In this document: positions 1 through 6,620 of the stretch, piece by piece | Numbering within the stretch: position 1 is the stretch's first letter | How the letters are laid out: every line of letters starts with the position of its first letter | Virus record (IMG/VR): IMGVR_UViG_2802429240_000004 | Coordinates: 1 to 15,960 of that record | From: a virus | Taxonomy: Duplodnaviria > Heunggongvirae > Uroviricota > Caudoviricetes | Length of the DNA stretch: 15,960 bases | Direction: 5' to 3' (one strand) | Program-made: the position numbers and the translations under genes | Notes under the pieces: generated by a model | Databases searched by the model: none | The model's input: the letters and a program-made list of their open reading frames with translations, nothing else | Told to the model about the DNA's origin: nothing

Positions 1-754
1 TCAGTGAGATTTTTACGCACGACGGCGCATACATGACGGAGTAAAAACTTTTAACGTAGGTTCCGGAATCCAGATACAGCTCGGTCATTCCGCCGCTGTT
101 TTTCTGCGTCTGTTTCTGCCCTAACTGGACAGCACCGATCGTCATAAACAATTCACCACGGCGACCGAGATTCGTGTACGTATTCACATCCTCGTTAATG
201 CGCCCCATGAATGAGAACGGTCGATCAACCGAACAGATAAAACTGTTCATTGCCTTGCGTTTCACCCACGAAGCATGGCCGCCATTGTCACCAAGAAAAT
301 CCCCGCCCTGCGACATAGCGATGGAAAGCGCAGGTATTGATTCGTAGTACGCCAGCATTTCAGAAAGGATCGCATCCAGTTTTCTTATCGGAAAATAGGC
401 CTGGTCATAGTTGCGATCAACCCGAAACTGGAACTCGTGATAATCATCATCGAGCTGAATGAAGTATTTACACCCGACCAGTTTTGCCAGGTCGAAACAG
501 GCATTACGGGCGTAAAAAATTGAGCGGCGGTCACCGAAATTATCGGCTTCGTCAAAACGACTGGCGATATCGGCTTTGGAAAACACCAGCACCTGTTCAC
601 CAAATTCAGCTATGTACTGATGCCGTGTCTTATCTTCATCATCAACAACGATAAAAATTTTCCCGGTATAGCCAGCACGACGCAACGTCCGGTAAGTCAG
701 AACTTTGTCCGGTCGCCCGTGAGTCAGAATAAAGGCGCAAAAATCATCACGCAT
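1..754 (-). CDS. Hypothetical protein, 3'-truncated by the window edge (ATG at 754..752; reading frame runs off position 1)
   Basis: Manual minus-strand translation gives MRDDFCAFILTHGRPDKVLTYRTLRRAGYTGKIFIVVDDEDK...FIQLDDDYHEF... with no in-frame stop inside the window. Its ATG overlaps the stop of the upstream ParB-like gene (ATGCGTGATGA), suggesting translational coupling. The acidic VVDDED and LDDDY motifs are noted but no family is assigned. Confidence 0.5.
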   Translation of the reverse strand, partial: MRDDFCAFILTHGRPDKVLTYRTLRRAGYTGKIFIVVDDEDKTRHQYIAEFGEQVLVFSKADIASRFDEADNFGDRRSIFYARNACFDLAKLVGCKYFIQLDDDYHEFQFRVDRNYDQAYFPIRKLDAILSEMLAYYESIPALSIAMSQGGDFLGDNGGHASWVKRKAMNSFICSVDRPFSFMGRINEDVNTYTNLGRRGELFMTIGAVQLGQKQTQKNSGGMTELYLDSGTYVKSFYSVMYAPSCVKISL

Positions 755-1535
755 ATTCCTCCTCCCCGCCATGCATGATCTCCACCATGCGCTGCGTCAT
801 CCGGACAAATCCATTTTCAATAGCCTGCTGATAATCAATGATCACCAGCGCCGACTCCTCGAAAAGGCACTGAATTTCAGCGGGGGCGTGAGCGTAATAG
901 TCCGCAATTTTGCTGAAATTAAACACCGTGTGACGTTCTGCCGCACACAGGAGGAATTTCTCAATATCAGGATCAAGGGACGCCAAACGTATCCGGTTGA
1001 TCAGCTCCTGAGTTTTCGTATTGTCGTACAGTTCACTGATATCCGGTTTACCGCCCGACGGCTCATAAACAGGCGTATCAATTTTCGTCGTATATGGCTC
1101 CTCCTCATTTACTGTATCTGGCAAAACATCCGTCAACAGTTCATCAATTTCTGTCGGGCTGAAGCCTGTCAGGGAGACATCAAAATCAGCATTGATTAGG
1201 TCCGACAGCTCCATCCGTAACAGATCTTCATCCCAGCCAGCATTCATCGGCAGGCGATTATCTGCCAGGCGGTACGCCTTTTTCTGATCATCCGTCAGAC
1301 CAGACAGAATGATGACCGGAACAGAATCCATTTTGAGCACTTCAGCCGCCATAACGCGACCGTGACCAGCAATAATTTCGCCCTTTTCATCAATCAGCAC
1401 CGGATTAGTCCAGCCGAATTGCTTAATGCTTTCTACCAGTTGTGCCACCTGCTCAGGGCTGTGTGTCCTGGCATTGTGTGCATACGGAGACAGTTCTTGT
1501 AACGGGCGATAGACGATCTTCAATTTCTCGCTCAT
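747..1535 (-). CDS. ParB-like nuclease domain (ParB/sulfiredoxin fold) protein
   Basis: 262-aa ORF with GAGG about 5 nt upstream of the ATG. The N-terminal region VYRPLQELSPYAHNARTH...NPVLIDEKGEIIAGHGRVMAAEVL matches the ParB N-terminal domain pattern (..DGhHRl.A). The C-terminal half is acidic. Confidence 0.7.
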   Translation of the reverse strand: MSEKLKIVYRPLQELSPYAHNARTHSPEQVAQLVESIKQFGWTNPVLIDEKGEIIAGHGRVMAAEVLKMDSVPVIILSGLTDDQKKAYRLADNRLPMNAGWDEDLLRMELSDLINADFDVSLTGFSPTEIDELLTDVLPDTVNEEEPYTTKIDTPVYEPSGGKPDISELYDNTKTQELINRIRLASLDPDIEKFLLCAAERHTVFNFSKIADYYAHAPAEIQCLFEESALVIIDYQQAIENGFVRMTQRMVEIMHGGEEEYA

Positions 1536-1658
1536 ACAGCCTCGCTTTATGAATAAAAAAGCCCGCTATCGGCCAGTGCGCTGGGTGCGCGGCGGGTGCT
1601 GATAACGAGCTTTGACATTATCGCAGCCCCTCACACTGAAGGGCTGCTGTAATGCCTG

Positions 1659-1766
1659 TTACTCACGAATCAAACGAGCATGCTGACCACTCATTTCAAT
1701 GCGTAAGTATTGTGGCTTGCCGTCAATCAACGCGGTGATTAACTTGTCACCTGTAGGTTTCCACAT
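1659..1766 (-). CDS. Small hypothetical protein (35 aa) downstream of the lysis genes
   Basis: ORF MWKPTGDKLITALIDGKPQYLRIEMSGQHARLIRE, found by manual translation (below the ORF-track size cut-off). AGGAG lies 7 nt upstream of the ATG. No family recognised. Confidence 0.35.
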   Translation of the reverse strand: MWKPTGDKLITALIDGKPQYLRIEMSGQHARLIRE

Positions 1767-1939
1767 AATTTTCTCCTGTTTTAATGCCCCTTGCCGCCAG
1801 GCAGTTGATCAAAGTTCATCTTGATTCGGCAAGATTTAGAATGAATAAGATAAAATTGGCACACGCAGCAGAATTTCATGCTTTCCGGACGCTGGCGCAC
1901 CCTTCATTTTTCAGCAAAATATTCTGCTATTACAGGCGA

Positions 1940-2122
1940 TCAGTTCTGCATACACTGCCGAACACCGTCGACAATTTCACAGACCTGAGAAGCTGTATCG
2001 AAAAGCTGGCGCGCCTTATCCAGACTGACGCATCCCACCAGAAAAAAAGGCACCAGTATCGCTACCAGTGCCCATTTCGCCGCCGTTCGCGGCATTCTGT
2101 GTGTCCAGTGTTTTCTGCTCAT
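1940..2122 (-). CDS. Small lipoprotein (60 aa) with signal peptide and lipobox LVGC; lysis-associated or exclusion lipoprotein candidate
   Basis: Internal start of track ORF 1940..2194, placed just after the endolysin stop: MSRKHWTHRMPRTAAKWALVAILVPFFLVGC.... Basic n-region, hydrophobic core and L-V-G-C lipobox. The predicted mature part (about 29 aa, three Cys) is not proline-rich, unlike typical Rz1 o-spanins. Confidence 0.5.
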   Translation of the reverse strand: MSRKHWTHRMPRTAAKWALVAILVPFFLVGCVSLDKARQLFDTASQVCEIVDGVRQCMQN

Positions 2123-2136
2123 AACACACCTGGTTA

Positions 2137-2520
2137 TCAGCGTTTCAACTGAAAGTGAGGCCCGTCTTTCAGTGTTTTCCAGTCCCCGCCCCATTCGATG
2201 GCAGTTCCCAGCTCTGCGGCAGCCTGCTTAAATGCCTGCGCGATTTTCTCGTACAGAGGCCAGTCCCATGACACCTGGCTGCCAACCCAGGCAACAACAT
2301 CCACCGCATCACCGGTCAGGTGGCGGCTGTTCATGGTCTGGCTTTTCCCTTCCGCGACCAGCTGTTTCTGGCGTTCTTTCGTGCGCAGCCCTTCCGTAAT
2401 ACCGAAATCAACCTCCGTCAGCTCCAGCGCACGGCGAACGACAGCAACCAGCTGTGGTTTAACGCCCTCCAGATTCTTTTCGCTGCGACGACTAAATCTG
2501 AATTTACCCGACATATTCAC
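2137..2520 (-). CDS. Endolysin, peptidase M15 family (L-alanyl-D-glutamate peptidase / VanY-like)
   Basis: 127-aa ORF with metal-binding motifs SRHLTGDAVD and EWGGDW...DGPHFQL typical of M15 phage endolysins. No N-terminal transmembrane segment. Its start overlaps the stop of the upstream membrane-protein gene. Confidence 0.85.
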   Translation of the reverse strand: MNMSGKFRFSRRSEKNLEGVKPQLVAVVRRALELTEVDFGITEGLRTKERQKQLVAEGKSQTMNSRHLTGDAVDVVAWVGSQVSWDWPLYEKIAQAFKQAAAELGTAIEWGGDWKTLKDGPHFQLKR

Positions 2521-2792
2521 CTCAACAATGGAAAGATTTTTGTGACGTTCCCGCGTGCGCGTATCACCAGCACGCAGAACAGCAGGTTAAAAAACACTTC
2601 CAGCCAGCCCGTTGCTAACGGGCGACCACACAGATAGCTGAGGGGCGCAAAGGCATACAGCAGCATCAGCAGCCAGGCCAGCCATGACATCAGCGGTTTA
2701 TGTCTGGAATCACGGCGACGATAAAAAAAGAGCGTCAGCACGATAACCGTGCATAACACCACATTCAGCAATCCGGGAAGGTTACTTAACAT
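2517..2792 (-). CDS. Small membrane protein (91 aa, 2-3 predicted TM helices); holin/antiholin-like second lysis membrane protein
   Basis: Internal ATG of track ORF 2517..2846 (MLSNLPGLLNVVLCTVIVLTLFFYRRRDSRHKPLMSWLAWLLMLLYAF...). The start overlaps the upstream gene's stop (AATGTTAAGTAA) and the end overlaps the endolysin start, giving a translationally coupled lysis operon. Confidence 0.55.
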   Translation of the reverse strand: MLSNLPGLLNVVLCTVIVLTLFFYRRRDSRHKPLMSWLAWLLMLLYAFAPLSYLCGRPLATGWLEVFFNLLFCVLVIRARGNVTKIFPLLR

Positions 2793-3174
2793 TGCCGCCT
2801 CCTCCGCCCCGCAGGCGGGAGAACAGACCGGACACCAGTGATGCAATATCCTGCTGGTGGATGAATGACAGAATCTTCACCGACACTACCGCGACAAGCA
2901 CCGCGCACAGCGCATCTGCCGATGTACCGTCATAACCTGTTTTTGCCGCTATCCAGGCTGACAGCACACGCGCTCCCAGCACGCCAACAATGAACGACAC
3001 CAGAAAATGCGCCGCCACACGCCAGGCTGAAAGCTGCTGCGGCATCGTTGCCACAAACAACGCCCCGGCGAACGCACCAAACACAATCCCGAAATCCGTT
3101 CCGGTAAACAGCCCGAATACCGTCGCCCCACCGAGCGCCGCAGCCGTGCCGGAACCGGATAAGGGTTCAGACAT
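2782..3174 (-). CDS. Holin-like membrane protein (130 aa, 3-4 predicted TM helices)
   Basis: First gene after the tandem terminator hairpins, with AGGAG 9 nt upstream of the ATG. Gly/Ala-rich hydrophobic helices (AAALGGATVFGLFTG, FGIVFGAFAGALFVA, FLVSFIVGVLGARVL, LCAVLVAVVSV). Position upstream of the endolysin fits a holin. Confidence 0.6.
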   Translation of the reverse strand: MSEPLSGSGTAAALGGATVFGLFTGTDFGIVFGAFAGALFVATMPQQLSAWRVAAHFLVSFIVGVLGARVLSAWIAAKTGYDGTSADALCAVLVAVVSVKILSFIHQQDIASLVSGLFSRLRGGGGGNVK

Positions 3175-3191
3175 ACTTTTTTCTCCTGTAA

Positions 3192-3215
3192 ATAAAAAAG
3201 GGCCACTAGCGGCCC
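3192..3215 (-). terminator. Intrinsic terminator on the minus strand immediately upstream of the holin gene (tR'-like)
   Basis: GGGCC-actagc-GGCCC hairpin (3200-3215) followed on the minus strand by TTTTTTAT (plus 3192-3199). A second hairpin AAAGGCA-cctgcaga-TGCCTTT lies at 3234-3255. Confidence 0.5.
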
Positions 3216-3438
3216 GTAAAAAAACACCCCATCAAAGGCACCTGCAGATGCCTTTTGTGTGGTGTTATTTGATGTGCGCTGGGCGTGGCGCAGATATGAA
3301 AAAGGCCCGCCGTAGCGAGCCTCAGATTAAAGTGCGTGGGTAATTGCTCTCGTATTCATAGCGCTGTATTCACCACATACCCGGATTTTTGATATTGTTA
3401 AATCGCCAAAAGTAACAATGTCTCAAATGAGGTAAGAA

Positions 3439-3591
3439 ATGGGTCAGAATAACAAACCATTAGATGAAAATGACAAATCCAAGTCAGCTCCAAAGCCCAA
3501 ATCAACAGAGGAACCAAAGAAGGATCCTTTTTCCGTAGAGAGATTGGTCGTTGGTGATTCCTGGGGAGGTATCAGAAGAAAAAGTAAATAA
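3439..3591 (+). CDS. Small hydrophilic hypothetical protein (50 aa), convergent with the membrane-protein moron
   Basis: ORF MGQNNKPLDENDKSKSAPKPKSTEEPKKDPFSVERLVVGDSWGGIRRKSK found by manual translation. GAGGT lies 5 nt upstream of the ATG. AT-rich context; its 3' end overlaps the 3' end of the minus-strand gene by 20 nt. Confidence 0.3.
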   Translation: MGQNNKPLDENDKSKSAPKPKSTEEPKKDPFSVERLVVGDSWGGIRRKSK

Positions 3592-4141
3592 CAACAGAAA
3601 CCATTAATGAATAAACGGGGGCAAGGATAGCTGATATCCTTGCCTTCTCGAGTCCTTCTCTCAGTCTTTTATTTTCCTGCAATAATTCGTTTGCAGTTCT
3701 GCACAAAGCCATCAATCTGTACCTTCTCAATATGGACAAACGGCTGTCTTTCCCCGAAAAACCTCGCTCTTTAAACCTGGCGTAATCCATCGCAGTAATG
3801 CCCTTAATTGCCGGAGTGTACAGAATATCTGGCGACGCATGAATAATGGCACGCTTATGCACTTTCAGCACATTAACAACAAGGTACACAGCACAAATGG
3901 ACCAGTAAAAGACAAAAACAGCCAGTCCAGCGCCCAAAAAATCCAGATGAGTTTTTTGCGTTAATAGTAAAAATGATGAACCGATGCCAACTATCAGAAT
4001 GCTTAATAATTTATAGCCATTTTCCTTGTTGATGCTGTTTGAGCAATGGATTTCCCGAATGCACTCTTCTCCCTGTTTTTCAAGAAAATCAAGAATGTCA
4101 TCATCCGCATCAAGAAAATAGTCGCCGGGTAGATTTTTCAT
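3572..4141 (-). CDS. Membrane protein moron (189 aa; acidic N-terminal domain, two central TM helices, basic cytoplasmic domain, C-terminal TM helix)
   Basis: Track ORF 3572..4156 trimmed to the ATG preceded by GAAGGA (MKNLPGDYFLDADDDILDFLEKQGEEC...). Hydrophobic segments LLSILIVGIGSSFLLL, LGAGLAVFVFYWSICAVYLVVNVL and ISAILAPVYSLMVSVVIYFFF. Visibly AT-rich relative to flanking phage genes. Sits between the Q-like gene and the lysis cassette. Confidence 0.6.
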   Translation of the reverse strand: MKNLPGDYFLDADDDILDFLEKQGEECIREIHCSNSINKENGYKLLSILIVGIGSSFLLLTQKTHLDFLGAGLAVFVFYWSICAVYLVVNVLKVHKRAIIHASPDILYTPAIKGITAMDYARFKERGFSGKDSRLSILRRYRLMALCRTANELLQENKRLREGLEKARISAILAPVYSLMVSVVIYFFF

Positions 4142-4213
4142 TCCTTCACCAACCACGTAATCTGTAATACGCTCAATTTTACCTGAACGCCTGACGATGA
4201 AACACCATGTTCA

Positions 4214-4243
4214 CCAGAAACAACAAAACCCGCTCGATGGCGG
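4214..4243 (-). terminator. Terminator-like hairpin downstream of the Q-like gene (minus strand)
   Basis: CCCGC-tcgatg-GCGGG stem-loop (4228-4243) followed on the minus strand by TTTTGTTGTTT. Lies about 100 nt past the Q-like stop, where lambdoid phages place pR' and tR'. Confidence 0.4.
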
Positions 4244-4343
4244 GTTCTATTAAAGTTCAATTGCGCTTGGTTCGCCTCGCGATACAGCTTTGCGAAGCAT
4301 AGCTGAATTGAAGCAGTTTATTGGCAAAAATGCAATAACTTTT

Positions 4344-4886
4344 TTATTGGCTTTCTCCACATAACGCTAATTTCATTGGTATATACAGAATGTGTTCAGC
4401 AACACCCAACCATGCGTCAATGCGATTTCTGCAAGTTTTCAAGCTCCAGCCAGGGCGATACTTATTTAACTGTTGTGCCATTTTCAGCTTACTCATCCCC
4501 CGCCCTTCATATCTTTGTCGGAGGATAAAAATCAATCCAGGATGCTCTGCCATCACTTCACTAATTACCCGGTCAATACATAACGCCTCGGCATCAGTGC
4601 AATGGGACAGCCAGCTTTTTTGCTTACTGTCGATCATCTCACGCAAAAATGCTTCCAGCTCTGGCTTCTCTATTCCCGCTTTTTTCATTCTGCGCAGAGC
4701 TTCATTGATGGCTGTTTTCGTCAATTTTTTGGATGCCAGCAACTGGTTGAACATATTCCCCGTCTTACCGCCACCAATATACGACCAGCGCCCCCACATG
4801 CGCAGTTTTCCCTGAATCCAGACACTTTCCAGCGTGGTGAGACGAAGGTGTTCCCCGCTTTTGCCTGTATTTGTTGGGTAAATCAT
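4344..4886 (-). CDS. Putative late-gene antiterminator Q-like protein (180 aa)
   Basis: Internal ATG of track ORF 4344..5006, overlapping the upstream gene's stop (TTATGA). Positioned as the last gene before the late-promoter/lysis region. Contains an MWGRWS motif resembling the RWGxW motif I recall in Q82/QuuD-type antiterminators. Assignment is by position plus a weak motif only. Confidence 0.5.
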   Translation of the reverse strand: MIYPTNTGKSGEHLRLTTLESVWIQGKLRMWGRWSYIGGGKTGNMFNQLLASKKLTKTAINEALRRMKKAGIEKPELEAFLREMIDSKQKSWLSHCTDAEALCIDRVISEVMAEHPGLIFILRQRYEGRGMSKLKMAQQLNKYRPGWSLKTCRNRIDAWLGVAEHILYIPMKLALCGESQ

Positions 4887-5173
4887 AAATAACCTTCCTT
4901 TCTCCAGATTTCTTGTGTGCGAAAAACACCTTCTGCATGCATCAGGCGTAATTCTTCTTTGGTGTAATCGCTGGTTTTTACCCGCCCGTCGATTAAATCG
5001 TGGCACGAGCTACAGGCAATCGCTGCCTGCATATCGTGTGGCTTTATCGCTGTTCCGCACGTTCCCGCCAGTCGGTAATGCGCCAGCACAGACGTTTCCG
5101 GATCGTGATTGCAGTAGCCAGGAATTCTGACGGTGCACATCTGGCCTTTAGCCGCTTTACGTAAATCCACCAT
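4883..5173 (-). CDS. nin-region Cys-rich protein (DUF1364 / YbcO-like)
   Basis: 96-aa ORF MVDLRKAAKGQMCTVRIPGYCNHDPETSVLAHYRLAGTCGT...ACSSCHDLID, with the conserved Cys/His pattern I recall for DLP12 YbcO-family proteins. Start overlaps the upstream stop (TAATG). Confidence 0.7.
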   Translation of the reverse strand: MVDLRKAAKGQMCTVRIPGYCNHDPETSVLAHYRLAGTCGTAIKPHDMQAAIACSSCHDLIDGRVKTSDYTKEELRLMHAEGVFRTQEIWRKEGYL

Positions 5174-5772
5174 TACGCAAACTCCAGTAGTTGTGCAGCC
5201 ACATTTTCGACTTCCTCCGGAGAGGAGAATTTACGGAACAGAATCCAGTTCCACAGTACGTTGAGTACTGCTTTATAAACCTGCTGAAACTCGGTTTCGT
5301 CCATATTCGCAAAAGCGATGGATTTCGCCCTGCGCCCACGGCTACCATCCGGATAAAAATGCTCGGTGTAAAATCCGGCCTGAATGGTTACCCACTCGCG
5401 GAAAGCCTCAAACGACTTTAGCAATGCCGTATCCTGGGTTCTGCGTGTCGCAACTGTATTCAGATATTGCTCTGCGGCTTCGCTCAGAGCTGGCGTATGT
5501 TCCCGGCCTACTGATTCACACAGGTAATCAACGAATCCTGAAACCAGTTTTCGTTCGCGAGGAGTGATCGCCCCACCGACCGGAGTCCAGTAATCGAATC
5601 CGAGTTGCAGAAGTTTGAAAAAACGCTTATGGAATGCGTAGTTACGTACACGCTTAAAGTCTGCGTGTACCCACTCACCTATTTTGATTTGATGCAAAAA
5701 ATCGCAACTCTCCGGCGTCGCCGGGAGAAGTAATCCGGAAGAGGTTTGTTTGACCAGTTGTATATGTGCCAT
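5173..5772 (-). CDS. nin-region protein (DUF1367-like)
   Basis: 199-aa ORF with GGAGAAA about 5 nt upstream of the ATG. Family assignment is from memory of lambdoid nin-region proteins and is not verified. Confidence 0.6.
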   Translation of the reverse strand: MAHIQLVKQTSSGLLLPATPESCDFLHQIKIGEWVHADFKRVRNYAFHKRFFKLLQLGFDYWTPVGGAITPRERKLVSGFVDYLCESVGREHTPALSEAAEQYLNTVATRRTQDTALLKSFEAFREWVTIQAGFYTEHFYPDGSRGRRAKSIAFANMDETEFQQVYKAVLNVLWNWILFRKFSSPEEVENVAAQLLEFA

Positions 5773-5838
5773 CGGCTTTCTCCGGTGGCACGGTGTTACT
5801 CAGCAGGAGTTCAATCCTGCTCAAGATTGTAGATGAGT

Positions 5839-6099
5839 TTATTCTTCAGCAAAAGCAGAAAAACCAGCCTTAAAACCAATCTCTTTCAAAACCCCTAATG
5901 ATGTGACAAATTCGTCCTCACGCAAAATAAAACCGTCCGTCAGAAGTCCATTACAAAAATAAAATAACGCAGCTCCACTCTTCCTTTGTTGAGACTGTAA
6001 ACATTTAATACGGCAGTGACTGACAATAGCGCCATTCTCAACGCGCACAGTATAGAGGCCATTTTCACTAAAAATTTCACGCAATTCTTCGATTTTCAT
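5839..6099 (-). CDS. Hypothetical protein (86 aa) between the hok locus and the nin genes
   Basis: ORF MKIEELREIFSENGLYTVRVENGAIVSHCRIKCLQ... with GGAAGGA 9 nt upstream of the ATG (the track starts 3 nt earlier at a TTG). Occupies the position of rem next to hokD in the E. coli Qin prophage; no sequence-level claim is made. Confidence 0.5.
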   Translation of the reverse strand: MKIEELREIFSENGLYTVRVENGAIVSHCRIKCLQSQQRKSGAALFYFCNGLLTDGFILREDEFVTSLGVLKEIGFKAGFSAFAEE

Positions 6100-6220
6100 C
6101 AACAGAATCCTTCCAGATAAATAGCACTCCCCTGTTCGGGGTCCATCCCTCTTCTCCCTGCGCGCTACTTAAGTATTTTTGATTCTATTCCGGCACTATC
6201 CAAAACTTCAAACGCGTTGA

Positions 6221-6250
6221 AAATAAAAACAAAAACCCGCCGAAGCGGGT
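6221..6250 (-). terminator. Intrinsic terminator of the hok mRNA (minus strand)
   Basis: ACCCGC-cgaa-GCGGGT hairpin (6235-6250) followed on the minus strand by TTTTGTTTTTATTT. Preceded by the imperfect palindrome GGCGGGAGATTTCTCCCCCGCC (6291-6312), typical of folded hok mRNA 3' ends. Confidence 0.5.
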
Positions 6251-6319
6251 TAAGTGTGGGTGCATTGAGGATGCCTGACACATCAGAGGTGGCGGGAGAT
6301 TTCTCCCCCGCCAGGTCTC

Positions 6320-6472
6320 TTACTCCTCAGGTTCGTAAGCTGTGAAGACAGCGACCTCCGTCTGGCCGGTTCGGATTCGTACCTCGCAGAGGTCTTTCCT
6401 CGTTACCAGTGCCGTCACTATGACGGTTAAACAGATGACGCTCAGGGCGATTAACATCGTCTTTTGCTGCAT
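6320..6472 (-). CDS. hok: Hok/Gef-family type I toxin (small membrane peptide)
   Basis: Manual translation gives MQQKTMLIALSVICLTVIVTALVTRKDLCEVRIRTGQTEVAVFTAYEPEE (below the ORF-track size cut-off). Single TM helix and conserved Cys; nearly identical to my recollection of E. coli HokD/RelF. An in-frame GTG lies one codon upstream. Followed by a strong terminator. Confidence 0.8.
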   Translation of the reverse strand: MQQKTMLIALSVICLTVIVTALVTRKDLCEVRIRTGQTEVAVFTAYEPEE

Positions 6473-6620
6473 CACAGCCTACTTACCCTTACCTTTCGTT
6501 CAAGCGGTAAGGTCACTTTTTCTGTTGTGTGCTAACCAATAAACCTCTTTTATCTGCATTAAAATTCGCTATCATGTCATCCTCAACCTGTTAATAGCCT
6601 ATTATGGACTTTAGTAAACA

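Noticed and set aside
385-603. 72-aa minus-strand ORF from the track
   Set aside because: Lies in a different frame entirely inside the longer edge-truncated coding frame (1..754); no RBS; shadow ORF.
771-1199. 142-aa plus-strand ORF
   Set aside because: Antisense to the ParB-like gene, which has clear domain motifs and an RBS.
1784-2152. 122-aa plus-strand ORF
   Set aside because: Antisense to the lipoprotein gene and intergenic sequence of the lysis cassette; no RBS; Arg/His-rich, low-plausibility translation.
1940-2194. Rz/Rz1-type two-component spanin downstream of the endolysin
   Set aside because: Only a single short lipoprotein frame is present; no ORF with an N-terminal TM helix and periplasmic coiled coil was found in any frame between 1767 and 2137.
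2198-2637. Plus-strand ORFs 2198..2545 and 2320..2637
   Set aside because: Antisense shadows of the M15 endolysin and membrane-protein genes.
2949-3343. ORFs 2949..3227 (-) and 2990..3343 (+)
   Set aside because: Alternative-frame or antisense shadows of the holin gene, extending into the terminator hairpins; Arg/Cys-rich junk-like translations.
4390-5421. Plus-strand ORFs 4390..4815, 4602..4892, 4915..5130, 5191..5421 and minus ORF 5157..5348
   Set aside because: All overlap the better-supported minus-strand Q-like, DUF1364-like and DUF1367-like genes in other frames or on the other strand.
5774-5838. AGCAGG-agttcaat-CCTGCT hairpin between the 86-aa gene and the DUF1367-like gene
   Set aside because: No adjacent U-tract; probably a neutral intergenic stem or weak attenuator, with too little support to call as a feature.
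6342-6542. 66-aa plus-strand ORF across the hok locus
   Set aside because: Antisense to the hok coding sequence and leader. Any genuine plus-strand product here would be a short Sok-like antisense RNA, not this protein.
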